64,000 bases of DNA. Origin: Podarcis pityusensis (lineage: Eukaryota). Below, in pieces: positions 52,101 through 62,689 of this stretch. Within the stretch, counting starts at the first letter, position 1. Every line of letters begins with the position of its first letter. The DNA lies in NCBI GenBank assembly GCA_964106645.2, contig OZ067039.1; one strand, 5' to 3'. Under the pieces are notes generated by a model. That model made no database searches and was not told the origin of the DNA. It was given only the letters and a program-made list of their open reading frames with translations. Position numbers and translations under genes: made by a program.

Positions 52101-55100
52101 TCTCCTTTTCGAAATATGAAAACTATCAGACCACTTTCGTGAGGTTTCAGCAAAACATTCTTTTATGTACACTCTACTTTTTAAAAAGTGCCAATAATAT
52201 GCATGGTTTTTCCAGTTTGAGAGACCATAATAATGACACCTGTAGCTACAAAAGAGGAGAACTTTATTGGCGTATGAGTAAAGTTACAGTGCTTGATTTT
52301 TCCTTATAGTCCCTGAAAGACTTGCCGTATTTTTCGCCCTATAGGACGCACTTTTTCCCCTCCAAAAATGAAGGGGAAATCTGGGTGCGTCCTATGGGGC
52401 GAATGCAGGCTTTCGCTGAAGCTTGGAGAGCGAGAGGGGTCGGTGCGCACCGACCCCTCTTGCTCTCCAGGCTTCAGGAAGACATCTGCAGCCTAGGCAG
52501 CCCTGCGGGAGGTCCCGCAGGGCTGTCTAGGCTGCAGATAGCAGCCTGCTTCCCGGAGCGCTGGGCGCGCTGAAAGCAGAGCGCCAGGCGTGCTGAAAGC
52601 AGAGCGCCCGGCGTGCTGAAAGCAGAGCGCCCGGCGCTTCGGGAACACACCTGCAGCCTAGGCAACCCTGCGGGAGGTCCCGCAGGGCTGTCTAGGCTGC
52701 GGATAGCAGCCTGCCGCCCGGCGCGAGGGGCGCCCTGAAGCAGAGCGCCCCTCGCGCCGGGCAGACATTTTCAGCATGGGGAGCCCTGCAGGAGTTCCCC
52801 GCAGGGCTCCCCACGCTGCGGATAGCAGCCTGCCACCCGGCGCGTGGGGCACCCTGAAGCAGAGCGCCCCGCGCGCCGGGCAGACATTGGCCAGCCCCAC
52901 AAGCTCGGGGGACAACAGGGAGGCGCAGCGCCGCCATCCCGCTGTTCCTCAACCTGGTTCGGTTTCCCCGACCTGGTTTTGGGGGGGAAATAAGGGGGGG
53001 GATTTCCTTTATTTCCCCCCAAAAAAACTAGGTGCGTCCTATGGGACGGAGCGTCCTATGGGACGAAAAATACGGTAAGTCTGTGATAGGGCTAGGAACA
53101 GTGATAGGCAGAATAGAGGAATACATAGGCTACATACATTACACCTACATTTGATGCTTGAATAGTTTGATGACACATGTGTAACTTGCCATGTTACAAC
53201 TGAAACTTGGATATAACGGCTTCTACTTTGGCCTGAAGGAAAATTTAGCCAACGTATCTTCATTGTGTAAGAAGAGAAGGTGCAAATTGGTTCTGTACTT
53301 ATGCAGTATGTATTAAGTTTCCCTTATGAAATATCAATACAGTAAAGCACTATTAAATATAAACAGTTGGATAAAAGCACTATAGAAACCTCATTTCGGT
53401 TTTGGTTACACTTCTGATAGTGAAATAAGCCCCCTTTGGTAGTAAAGATGCCCAAATAAATCTATTAGTTCATATAAAGCATATTCTAGTTTCCTGTCCT
53501 ATACTCACTTTTTATAAACTTCCGTCATTTTGATTACCGTGTATTGGATCCAGAGTTGCCCTTCTGTTCATTGAAGCTATTCCATTTGTTGAAGGGACTG
53601 CAATTCAGCAGAAGCTTCTGCTGGAGGAAGAGCTGTTTTTTGTTTTCGTCATTTTATAGAAATACTCCAAATATAGAACAAAACCCTAGCTCCAGCATAA
53701 CGCAAGTTGAAAATGCCTAGGCAGAAGCATCACCAGGAAGTCTATGGCAAGAGCTTTTCACTGACCATATTTACTCTTAAGTGTTTTTTCTTTTACAAAG
53801 TCTTGAGTGCATAGTGCCGCAAAAGTGATGGCTGTAAAATAAGGAAGATAACCAGAATTGCAGCATTCTTATTTTCTACTTCGGCATCATATTGACTTGT
53901 GTTTCTACACTTCCTAGATGGCAGCTGAACATTTCAAGAAGGCTAGTTTCCACGTAGCTAAGAGTGTTCTGAATAGCAAGCACATTGTGAAAATGCTAGA
54001 AAAGTACCTCAAGGTAAGTAAGTAAGCAGGATGTTTGCTGTGTAGTCCTGCTTTTTCACAGAGCAAGAGCGCAGGAGCTTCAGCTTGGCCTCAACAGAGC
54101 ATTACAGTAATATTGCTGAGTGTGCTGCATGTGTCTTTTCACATAAGATGGAGGGAAGCAAAATTATTTCTTTGCTTTCTTATGTATAATCTGAGCCTTG
54201 ATTAGTGTCTTCCTCTCTAGCATTCACTCCCACTCCTCCCAGATGTGTTGGATACTCATACTAGCAGACACTGGCTGTATTCACACATTACACTAAACTG
54301 TAGTTAAAAGGCTTAAAATGAATGCATATACAGGTTTCATTCACTCCTCCCCAAGCAGTGCAAGCAGAAGCGAGAAATGGCAGTCCCTGGTTTAGCATTA
54401 TGTCCAAACCTGGGGTCATGGTTTATTTCACAGCAAACAAATCATGATTAGGAAACCAAGAACAAACCTTGGATTCACACTGATTTGCTAGAAGTGAAAC
54501 AAACCACAATCCCAGGTTCAGGCATAATGCTAAACTAGGGATCTGCATTTTTATGGCAAACCATTTACTGTGGCTTACTGTGATGTGTTAACGTGGCCAG
54601 TATAGAAGAAATTTATAGCTGCTTACAACTAGATTAATTAGCAAAATAAATACTATCCTCAGGCTACCCTCTGCTAATATAAAATATAGCTGTGTTGAGG
54701 GGGAGCATTGTGCCCAACCTAAGCACCACTTGAAAATTTATCTGGTTGGTTGAGAAAAAGCATTTTTTTCTTGCTCACAGCATGGAGTGGACTTTCTTGA
54801 GTAGAAAGGTAATGCTGATTTCCCTAATGAGTTTTCAGTTTTCGTGTTAAAGAAAATTAACTTGGGAACAGCATCCAAAGTCAAAGCAAATTTTGTTAGT
54901 CCCAGTGTTATTCCAAATATCACATGTGGGAGAAAGTTGACATCAGGTGATCTGATCTCAACTGTTGGACAGTGCATGACATGAGTGAGACAGGGCCTCT
55001 CCAAAATATTTCACTATGGCTCTGTAAATCAAACTAGCCTTTTCCCCTGCTGAGAATGGAAAAGACGCCACTTATCTCCAAAGCAGGGATGTGATGAGCC

Positions 55101-57795
55101 AATAATGGGAAGTGTGGTAGCCTTGATGAGTATTTGCAGGTCATGTGGAGACTCCTGTGTGACCATTGAGGGTTTTCTGATGTAGCATACATGGCCATAT
55201 GTAATTGGTGAGTTCCACTTTTGATAGGAAAGCCTGAAGCCATCTGACCAGGTGAAGACGAAAAGAAACAAGTTTGGCTGCTCCTATACCTGGGAATCCA
55301 GGAGCATCCCAAGATTCAACAGGACCCTCTCATGGCAACCATAACTAATGGGGGAGCAGATGTTGTCATTTCCTCTACATGTCTGCTCTGTCCCTATGGC
55401 AACACTTCGGTCTTAACCAGACTGAGTTTCTGCCAATTAACTAGTCTCTGCTAGACAGACACTAGTAAAACTGAGACTCTGCTCTCTGGGTCCAGTGAAA
55501 AAAATAAGCTGAGCACATCAGCTTGTAGTTGACACTGATGGCCTATTTACTGAGGCTGTGTTCCCCCAGCGGCCTCTCATACACGTTGAACAAGAGGGGT
55601 GACAGAATAAACCCTGCGTAGCTCGCATGAGAGAGCCCTTGGGGCAGATGAGCAGTTGCCCAGTGCCACCCTCTGGGATCTCTCGGAGGAAAAAATGGAA
55701 CCACTCAAGCGCAACTCCGTCTACCCCTGCTAGGGTCCGCAGGTGCCTCAGCAACACCTCATGATCAACAGTATCAAAGGCTGCCGACAGGTCTAACAGA
55801 ATCAGCATGGACACCTGAACTTTGTCCATCAGCAGGAGGAGATCTTCGACCCACCCAGCACAGTCTCCGTACCATACCCAGGTGCAAAACCAGGCTGAGA
55901 GGGGTGAAGGAAATCTGAGGATTCCAGGTAATGCCAGAGCTGCCCCATCAAAAATCTTCTCAGCACCTTCCCCAAGAAAGGAAGGCTGGAGGCAGGGTGA
56001 TGCAGTTGGCATCAAGAAATTATTCTTGAACATTGGCATATTACTTCCTCCCTTAAAGGATGCTGGCACCTTGCCCTTCCTGAGGAAGCTTTTGACTTTG
56101 AATCCCCACCCCTTTAATTGGCGATTAATGGACACATCCAAATCGCGGGGTAGAGCCTAGAGCTCTGAAACTACAGAACATCAGTGAATAAAGCTGGTTG
56201 GCTGATTTTCAGTCAAAGAAGATGGCGCTACTTGTCTTTCACCTGCATGGATCTTCTTTCATGGAGGCAGTTAGTCTCCAACTGGGTCATAAAATATAAA
56301 TGTTTAGTTGCTAGGTGCAGAAATCCTTGGCAGTACTGTATCTGGCCCAATTTTTGTGGGTTGGGACTGCATGGATATAGATGCAAAAGCAGGACTCAAG
56401 AAGAGAACTTGGAACTCATGTGCCTCATGAGTATAATGGTTCAGAAATTGTCACTTGAATTTGATCAGGTTAAGGGCTAGATTTCTGCACTGGCATGCTG
56501 CCTTTCCGTTGTACATCAGTTGCAGGTCAGCCACGAGTGATCCACAAAAGCAGGGTGGGGTGGGGGAGAGAATGGTTTTAATCCCAGTACATGACAGACA
56601 TTGGTTTTGAGAATCAGCAGAACAACACTAGTGTGTCTGCTGTTTCCATATGGTGTTTCCTTTAATAAAGAACAGAAATTCTAGCAAGAGCAAAAGAGAG
56701 GACTGACCCTGATATGGTCAGTGACAAGCCATGACCTCAGTCTGAATGAGTTTGGTGTGACTGCTGTATGAGTGGTTCCCAGTATTCCCTTAGGTTTCTT
56801 GGACACAAAGAGTGTTCTGCTTAATGAGATCACAAAAATGTATGACTACCCATCATTGGTTTATAGCCATATGTCAGCATCTAGACTTGCTAGTGTTGAA
56901 TAGTGTGGCGAGAGAGTTGAGCACTTCATAGCTGTGATTCAACTGGGTATTTCCTAAAAACAGTTTCTGCCTCTAAGCTGAAGGCTCAAAAGGTGTGTTG
57001 AAAATTATTTAAGATTCCACTGGATTTTTCTATTATAGAATTACATCTCTTGATGCTACAGTAAATATACTGCAGCAAAGTGCATTCCAATCTTACTCCT
57101 GTGAGGCAGACACATTGTCAGCTTTCCAAATAGTACCACAGGCTTTAGGGTGCTGGCAGGCTCATGTGAAAGAATTTAGCAAAAATGTAGTCTGTTAAGT
57201 TGTTTGAGGCAAGAAAGGCTATTGTGCTTTGAAGTGAGGGTGCTCAAATTTCAATCACTCAGTTGTAAACTTCTGCATTCTAGGTATGAGGCTGTCTAAG
57301 GGAGGTTCAGACAATTTTGTGAGTAAGTAATAATATGCTTCTTCCCTTTGTCAGGGTGAGGACCCATTTACAGATGAAAACGTTGACCAAGAGGTTGATG
57401 ACTCTGGAGCCTTAGAGGGGGCAGAAGCTGAAAAGGCTACAGAAAGTGCTGCAGTAGAGAGAAAAGAGGGTGCTGCAGATGAGATCACAACCACTGAAGT
57501 CAGTGAAACTGCTCAACCAGAAGGGGATGAGAGAGCTTGCTCTACTATAACCTTTTCTGAAGATAAATCTGCAGAGGAGGAGGAGCAGGAAAAAGAGAGA
57601 ATCAAGCCAGTAGGAACAACAGAGGGACTGTCTGCCCATCCTCAAAAAAGCCTTGAAGTGAGAGCAGCAGAAAGCCAAGTGGAGGAACAAGAGCATTTGA
57701 AGATGGGAGAAGGGAACTCTACGGAAATGGCAACAGCTGAAAATAGTGACACCAAGGAGGAACCAGTTATTGTAGCAAATGCAGAGCTGCAATAG
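39472..57795 (+). CDS. AKAP8: AKAP8 (AKAP95); join(39472..39487,41059..41097,41661..41693,43041..43329,44056..44569,44993..45137,45497..45543,45692..45728,48287..48389,49705..49846,50420..50513,51078..51208,53918..54013,57355..57795) = 2127 nt, 708 aa
   Basis: MDQGYG start, [39 protein letters not shown] and [21 protein letters not shown] zinc fingers, LEKYLKGEDPF; all phases consistent. Confidence 0.95.
40120..40612 (-). mobile_element. CR1 LINE 3' fragment
   Basis: Reverse complement resembles CR1 ORF2 C-terminus (..GAAAAGGTTCAGAAAAGGCAACCAAAATGATT..TTTAGTTTAGGGAA..GATTCAGGACAGACAAAAAG..). Confidence 0.8.
41059..41097 (+). CDS. AKAP8: AKAP8 coding exon 2 (39 nt)
   Basis: [13 protein letters not shown]; acceptor ttacag, donor GTAAGT. 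Confidence 0.88.
41330..41460. repeat. Short palindromic interspersed repeat; relatives near 14870, 29110, 30900, 35290
   Basis: Shared ctgaaatctgctccagag core with pyrimidine-rich left and purine-rich right arms. Confidence 0.5.
41661..41693 (+). CDS. AKAP8: AKAP8 coding exon 3 (33 nt)
   Basis: [11 protein letters not shown]; AAG acceptor, donor GTATGT. Confidence 0.85.
43041..43329 (+). CDS. AKAP8: AKAP8 coding exon 4
   Basis: [11 protein letters not shown]...[20 protein letters not shown]; donor GTAAAC. Confidence 0.94.
43735..43920 (-). mobile_element. Squam3-like tRNA SINE
   Basis: Reverse complement begins tagcttagtggtgtagtacatgctttgcatgcagaaggttcc. Confidence 0.6.
44056..44569 (+). 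CDS. AKAP8: AKAP8 coding exon 5
   Basis: [14 protein letters not shown]...PSLFSQ...NRSRGR; donor GTAAGT. Confidence 0.94.
44432..44491 (+). repeat. Coding 9-nt tandem repeat encoding (D/N)YG
   Basis: gattatggt gattatgga gactacgga gactatggc aactatggg gattat gattacggc. Confidence 0.9.
44993..45137 (+). CDS. AKAP8: AKAP8 coding exon 6 (bipartite NLS-like segment)
   Basis: [12 protein letters not shown]...[16 protein letters not shown]...YSDN; donor GTAATA. Confidence 0.9.
45497..45543 (+). CDS. AKAP8: AKAP8 coding exon 7
   Basis: [16 protein letters not shown]; donor GTAAGT. Confidence 0.85.
45692..45728 (+). CDS. AKAP8: AKAP8 coding exon 8
   Basis: [12 protein letters not shown]; long pyrimidine tract + AAG acceptor; donor GTAGGG; needed to restore phase. 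Confidence 0.8.
45836..46065. mobile_element. Tc1/mariner MITE
   Basis: TA-CAGTGGTACCTCGGGTTAC...GTAACCCAAGGTACCACTG-TA. Confidence 0.9.
46730..46820 (-). mobile_element. CR1 extreme 3' tail
   Basis: tagagttggaaggaaccccaagggtcatctcgtccaacccc signature; a similar decayed piece at ~50520-50680. Confidence 0.65.
47124..47305. mobile_element. Tc1/mariner MITE
   Basis: TA-CAGTCATACCTC...GAGGTACCACTG-TA. Confidence 0.88.
48166..48204 (+). CDS. AKAP8: Candidate extra/alternative AKAP8 microexon (39 nt)
   Basis: cttag|..[13 protein letters not shown]..|GTACAA; phase 1/1, in frame, purine-rich; donor weak. Confidence 0.45.
48287..48389 (+). CDS. AKAP8: AKAP8 coding exon 9
   Basis: [35 protein letters not shown]; donor GTAACT. 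Confidence 0.92.
49705..49846 (+). CDS. AKAP8: AKAP8 coding exon 10 (zinc finger 1)
   Basis: [27 protein letters not shown]...VEFLQ; donor GTATGC. Confidence 0.95.
49983..50118. mobile_element. hAT (Charlie-like) MITE with perfect 8-bp TSD
   Basis: TIR CAGGCTTCCTCAACCT / AGGTTGAGAAAGCCTG; AACTAGGT at 49975-49982 and 50119-50126. Confidence 0.9.
50420..50513 (+). CDS. AKAP8: AKAP8 coding exon 11
   Basis: [31 protein letters not shown]; donor GTAAGT. Confidence 0.93.
51078..51208 (+). CDS. AKAP8: AKAP8 coding exon 12 (zinc finger 2)
   Basis: [44 protein letters not shown]; donor GTAAGC. Confidence 0.95.
51485..51795. repeat. A/C-rich low-complexity tract (probable reversed LINE tail)
   Basis: Near absence of G; aacaataac-type units. 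Confidence 0.6.
52325..53075. mobile_element. Non-autonomous Tc2/pogo-like DNA transposon, CpG-rich, 751 bp
   Basis: 25-bp TIR CCGTATTTTTCGCCCTATAGGACGC vs GCGTCCTATGGGACGAAAAATACGG (2 mismatches); right flank TA, left TG; internal 23-bp x3 tandem repeat at 52564-52632. Confidence 0.88.
53918..54013 (+). CDS. AKAP8: AKAP8 coding exon 13
   Basis: [32 protein letters not shown]; donor GTAAGT. Confidence 0.94.
54273..54598. mobile_element. Degenerate palindromic DNA element (PIF/Harbinger-like); relatives near 40740-40940 and 46520-46720
   Basis: ggctgtattcacac...gtgttaacgtggcc ends; internal tttagcattatg / cataatgctaaa inverted repeat. Confidence 0.4.
55540..55860 (-). mobile_element. L2-clade LINE reverse transcriptase fragment (pseudogenised)
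   Basis: Translation contains [31 protein letters not shown], a non-LTR RT motif; frameshifted downstream. Confidence 0.85.
57355..57795 (+). CDS. AKAP8: AKAP8 last coding exon (acidic tail)
   Basis: [13 protein letters not shown]...[12 protein letters not shown] at 57793-57795; not in the ORF track. Confidence 0.93.
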   Translation, partial: GEDPFTDENVDQEVDDSGALEGAEAEKATESAAVERKEGAADEITTTEVSETAQPEGDERACSTITFSEDKSAEEEEQEKERIKPVGTTEGLSAHPQKSLEVRAAESQVEEQEHLKMGEGNSTEMATAENSDTKEEPVIVANAELQ

Positions 57796-58490
57796 GAATG
57801 ACCATATAAATGATTGTATAAATTGATTGTATGAAGATGATTTTGACTGGCTTAGCTGTATAATCCCTCCCCCCCCCCCCATACACCCTGGAAAAAAATC
57901 TTATGTCAGTGCAGTACCTGTATGTGCATTTCTAGGGTGCTGCCAATTTTGTTATTGATTTGAAGAAAGGAATTTATCTATTCTGTTATGGAAGCAGTCT
58001 TGTGCTTCATTGTTGTAGAAGGTCCCCAAGAAAGGTTTGATGACTTATTCATTGTAGAATGAACAATACGATTTGAAAAAAAGCAAAGTTGTTAATCATT
58101 CAGCTCCTCCCAGGTGTTCATTTTTCAGTATTGAAGGAATATAGCTTAATTTGGAAACGAAATTTGGCCTCTTCTTTATGAAGGAGTAGATTAGTTAAGT
58201 GTGTGTGTGTTCTTGCTTGTGAAAATGTTTGCTCATTTAAGTTCCTAAAGAAAAGACTTGCTGCCTTGAAAACTGTTACTTTCTTTATCCAGTTTGCAAT
58301 ATTGCATGAAAACAGCATCTGTAACTTGTTTTTAAGCACCAAGATGATTGTGTATCACACTGGGGTTATCATTTCTACTGAGCACTATTTCAGATTTTCT
58401 GGCTAGCAAGCTGCAGCTTGTACATTATGCTGGTACAGAGGCATAGCCTAAGGGAGAAAAGTTATACCACCACTGAATCTCCATCCTCTT

Positions 58491-58496
58491 AATAAA
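58491..58496 (+). terminator. AKAP8 poly(A) signal candidate (AATAAA; others at 58574 and ~58860-58900)
   Basis: First canonical AATAAA ~700 nt after the stop. Confidence 0.5.
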
Positions 58497-59004
58497 AATC
58501 ACAAACGTATCATTCATGGAGTGAATTGCCAAATATTGCCCTGCGAGTATTGAAGCAGTACCAAGACCAGCAAAATAAAAGCAGATTTGTGAGTGTTAGG
58601 ATTGATGCTCATAGTTAAAGCTTTAAGAGTGGAATGGAGCACTATTTGTAAAGAAAACAACAACCCCGGTCTTTTGTCTTAGCAGTTAAATAAACTTCTG
58701 AAACTGAAAACTGGTATCTTACATTTAGTTGGCTCCAAAACATGTGCTGTCTTAACAATGTGGTCACATTATTGCTCATGTTAGAAGAGCAGTTGACTGA
58801 CTGCTGTCTAGAACACACACATCCCACACTCGCTAATGCCAGAGCTACCATACAAGGAAAATAAATTATCTCTGCTGTGTGGTTGAAGGAGAGGAATAAA
58901 TATTAAATCCAGTTTCTATATCAAAATCATTCATTGATAATCTAGAGCCAGGGTGAGCAGTGAGGTAGTCGGGCTTGTGGCTGATACCAAAGGTTCCATA
59001 CCAG

Positions 59005-59380
59005 GGATCGTTAGGAAATGAGTTGAAAATAAAACTGCAACAACATTTTGAGTACTGCATACAGTTCTGGTTTCCTCATTTCAAGATACTATAGAGCTGG
59101 GAAAAGTTCAGAAAAGGACAACCAAAATTATCCAAGTCCTCATAAGGAAAGGTTACAGCATTCAGGGCTTTTTAGTTTAGAGAAAAGCTGGGGTATGATT
59201 TAGGTGTATAAGATGATGCATCGTGTGGAGAAGGTTGACAGAAAAGTTTATCCATCATCATACTCGAATCCAGGGCCATCCTTATGAAGTTACAATGGTG
59301 GAAGATTCAGTACAGACAAAAATAAAAGTACTGCTTCACACAGCACAAATAACTGGAAGTTGCTCCCAGAAGATGGGAAT
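59005..59380 (+). mobile_element. CR1 LINE 3' fragment
   Basis: gagtactgcatacagttctgg...gaaaagttcagaaaagg...tttagtttagagaaaag...gattcagtacagacaaaa. Confidence 0.8.
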
Positions 59381-59449
59381 ATGACACATTCAACTGAATA
59401 TCCCACTACTTTGACTTGATACTACTTAGAAGTTATCTTTGCATTGACA

Positions 59450-59625
59450 CTTGGTAGTAGAGCATGTGTTTTCACACACACAACAGCCCGGATTCAATCC
59501 CTGGTATTTCCAGTTAAATGGTTCAGTCTCAGCCAAGGCTCTGGAGGACTGCTGCAAATCAGAGTCAGCACAGTACTTACTACATGGACAAATAGTTGGA
59601 CCTGGTATAAGGAAGCTTCCTATAT
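59450..59625 (+). mobile_element. Squam3-like tRNA SINE
   Basis: gtagagcatgtg...ggattcaatccctgg B-box-like head; tail gaagcttcctatatg. Confidence 0.6.
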
Positions 59626-60556
59626 GAATATTGATACCATTATTTGAATTCATGCAACTTCCCATTCTTATATTTCACCACAAATCGTTCTTTTTCAATA
59701 AGCACTTTAATGGTTTATCACTGAATAAAATGAATGGTAACAATAGAAAGTTGCATGAAGGAATTGCCAATTATTACATGACAATCAGGCTAAGATAGAA
59801 GAGTGAGCGATCCTCCCTTAAGTAACTGCAGCCATAGTTCAGAGCAGTGTAATCGGTCAATTCCCACTTCACATTAAGAAGTAGTAATTCCCGCCCCGTA
59901 GTCTACCTCCATGAGGGCAGCTTTTGCATCTATAACAAAATCATCTTTGTGCAGTTGAACCTTAAACAGTGGACATTCTCAGCAGGTTATACAGGTTAAA
60001 ACAGGTTCCTGCCAAAACAGCTGGTGCTCTACTGAGACTAAGCTTGCCTGTGCATATACACGATGGGCCTGCCTGGGATGAACCATTACTTGTTCCCCTC
60101 TCCTTCCTTGAGAGCAGAACACTCCTTTTACTCCTTTGTGATGGACCACTCCTTGGCATGTGCTTTGTATAGTACAGTATATTGCAAATCAGACTCTGTT
60201 TTCCTTGGGTCTGCTTTTGTCATCAAAGTAATGAAGCATGCATGACAAAAACCCGTTTGATTAGAGCTAGGTGCTGGCTGGAAAGGGGGGAGCAGAATAA
60301 TTGTTCAATCATGTTCTTTACAAATTTGAAAATTTGTCTGAATGTAGTCAATGATTAGCATTTATCTGTTAATTTATTGCAGAATCTTGTGGGTAAAGCA
60401 GTCTCTCAACTCCAGACCAGGTTCTCTCATTGCCTGCAGACTGTTTAGTTATAAAGATCTCTTTGTGGTGCTATGACATTTACTGTATATGCTAAGCTTC
60501 AATTTATGGTCTTCACTAGCAGTTAACTTTTGTATATGTGAGGGAACTTACAACTC

Positions 60557-60815
60557 CAGTGGTACCTCAGGTTACAGATGCTTCAGGTTACATATGCTTC
60601 AGGTTACAGACTCCGCTAACTCAGAAATAGTGCTTCAGGTTAAGAACTTTGCTTCAGGATGAGAACAGAAATTGTGCTCCGGCAGCACAGCAGCAGCAGG
60701 AGGCACAATTAGCTAAAGTGGTGCTTCAGGTTAAGAACAGTTTCAGGTTAAGAACAGTTTCAGGTTAAGAACGGACCTTCGGAACGAATTAAGTACTTTA
60801 CCCGAGGTACCACTG
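60557..60815. mobile_element. Tc1/mariner MITE, same subfamily as 19300-19517, with internal tandem duplications
   Basis: CAGTGGTACCTC...GAGGTACCACTG-TA; repeated cttcaggttaca and aggttaagaacagtttc units. Confidence 0.88.
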
Positions 60816-61868
60816 TACTGTAAATCACACACAAAAAGCCCACATAACTTATCTGGCTAAGGTAACATTTCCCCCATTATATAGGAGCATTTGTAAGTGG
60901 GAGAGCACACAGTGAGCATAACTCATTACTGAGTTAGATGGACTAATGATCTGCTTCAATATATGACAGCTCCCCAAATTCCTATGATAGGTGCATTAGT
61001 GTTCTATTCCAGTATTACAGATAACCTACCTCATTAACATATGCATTCCTATCTCTAATCCACCACCACCAGTAGACATGACACTCCTATTTTATTTGTA
61101 CGCTCGGGTACAAATAAATTAATGGGGCTTATTTATTGCATTTAGATATCTCCTTTCCTCCAAGGAGCTCAAGGTTTTCTTCTTCCCCATTTCATCTTTC
61201 CAACAGCCCTGTGAGATAGTTGGGTCAAGATAGTGACTGGCCACACTCAGTTTGGTGAGTGTGCTACTGCTGCACACATTTTTGGCCGAGTTGGGACTTA
61301 AAACCTGGTCCTAATCTGACAGAGCTTTTTTCCCCAGCCAGAACTCAGTTCCAGCACTTCTCAGGTGGGCGCCATTGCTATTATAAGAGAAACAAGGGAG
61401 GCGTTCGTGGCGAGTTCAAGCACCTCTTTTTTATATATAGAAAAATAGCACTGTTAACACTCTAACCACTACTCCACCTTACTCTCAAGTAACTGGATGT
61501 AGGAAAGCAGCCCAAATGTTTTAATGCTGAAGTAACTTCTGGGTTTTGTTGTAAGCTGCCACTTTCCTTCGCATAAGATATAGCTGCCGACTGCTGTAGT
61601 TCTAGTCTGGAAAGCAGCCCAGATGCCACCTTTCTTGAATTACGCAGAAGGTCATCCCATTTCTAAAGCTAGCAATACTTTTAACAGTTCATAGGCAACC
61701 TTGTGATCTTTTCCTGCTACTAAATGGCCACTGTTCTGTTTCCTATTAAATGTTTCTCACTGTCCACTACACGCCCTATTACCCGAGAGCAGCAGCTGGG
61801 AAGTTTCCATTCATTTAATAGTTATTACAACAAGTAAGATGAACTGTGTTGCTTGAGGGTATTAAAAC

Positions 61869-62186
61869 TTGAATCCGTACAATGGGGTGAGCTCCCATTG
61901 CTCTGTCACAGCTTCTGCCAACCTAGCAGTTTGAAAGCATACCAGTGCAAGTAGGTACCGCTGCAGAGGGAAGGTAAATGGCATTTCAATGTGCTCTGGC
62001 ACTTGTCGCAGTGTCCTATTGCACCACAAGTGGTTTAGTCATGCTGGCCACATGACCCAGAAAGCTGTCTGTGGACAAACGCCAGCTCCCTCGATCTGAA
62101 AGCGAGGTGAGCATCGAAGCCCATAGTTGCCTTTGACTGGACTTAACTGTCCAGGGGTCCTTTACTTTACCTTACCTTTACCTTTA
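61869..62186 (+). mobile_element. Sauria SINE, near full length
   Basis: ggggtgagctccc...ctgccaacctagcagtttgaaagca...gctggccacatgaccc...(ACCTTT)n tail. Confidence 0.9.
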
Positions 62187-62689
62187 ACTAAGGCTATGCT
62201 TAGGTGTGCCCTTGTTTTTATAGGTATCATTGACCTCCTGCTTCAGAATACATGGAAGAAAGGGAGTGCTGAACGATTCACCTGCTTAAAAGTCGAGCCT
62301 TCTCTTCCCCCACCCATATATATGCATGGGAAATACCAAGTATAAAATAGATAGGGTTCTTTCCGATGTGCTTCCACCTTAAAGGCAGCTTGCCCATGTC
62401 GCCATAGGTGCTGTGAATCAAAGATGAGAGCTTACGATCCAAGTCCTCTGCTCCAGTAGGTGAACAAAGGCTCCCTCTTCTATAATCTTCCTTTCTGGTC
62501 TGCTGAAAGAATCCGGACGAGCTGGGAAGAGCAAGGGCCTAGCTTATTCTGCGGATGAGGTTCCCACTGGGGGTTGTTTTGTAGAGAAGAAACTGGTCCC
62601 CGTCGCCTTTTCCAATGTGTATTTAGCATCTTTTTCGGGACTGGTGGTGCACCAAGGGCTTGCTTTTGTCTGAAAGGCTGGTATATTCT

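Noticed and set aside
52322-53078. Overlapping GC-rich ORFs on both strands
   Set aside because: Explained by the stop-poor, palindromic transposon interior; no transposase motifs
55518-56141. 207-aa minus-strand ORF as a nested gene
   Set aside because: Only the middle matches a decayed L2-type RT; the rest is chance read-through with a frameshift
59450-59520. tRNA-like sequence (also near 9960, 38240, 43900)
   Set aside because: Degenerate heads of tRNA-derived SINEs; no complete cloverleaf
60557-60815. Spaced short direct repeats resembling a CRISPR array
   Set aside because: Internal sub-repeats of a TIR-bounded MITE in a vertebrate genome; no unique spacers or cas genes
61320-61453. 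Possible hAT element nested in an old SINE
   Set aside because: Imperfect CAG..CTG termini and no target-site duplication that I could identify
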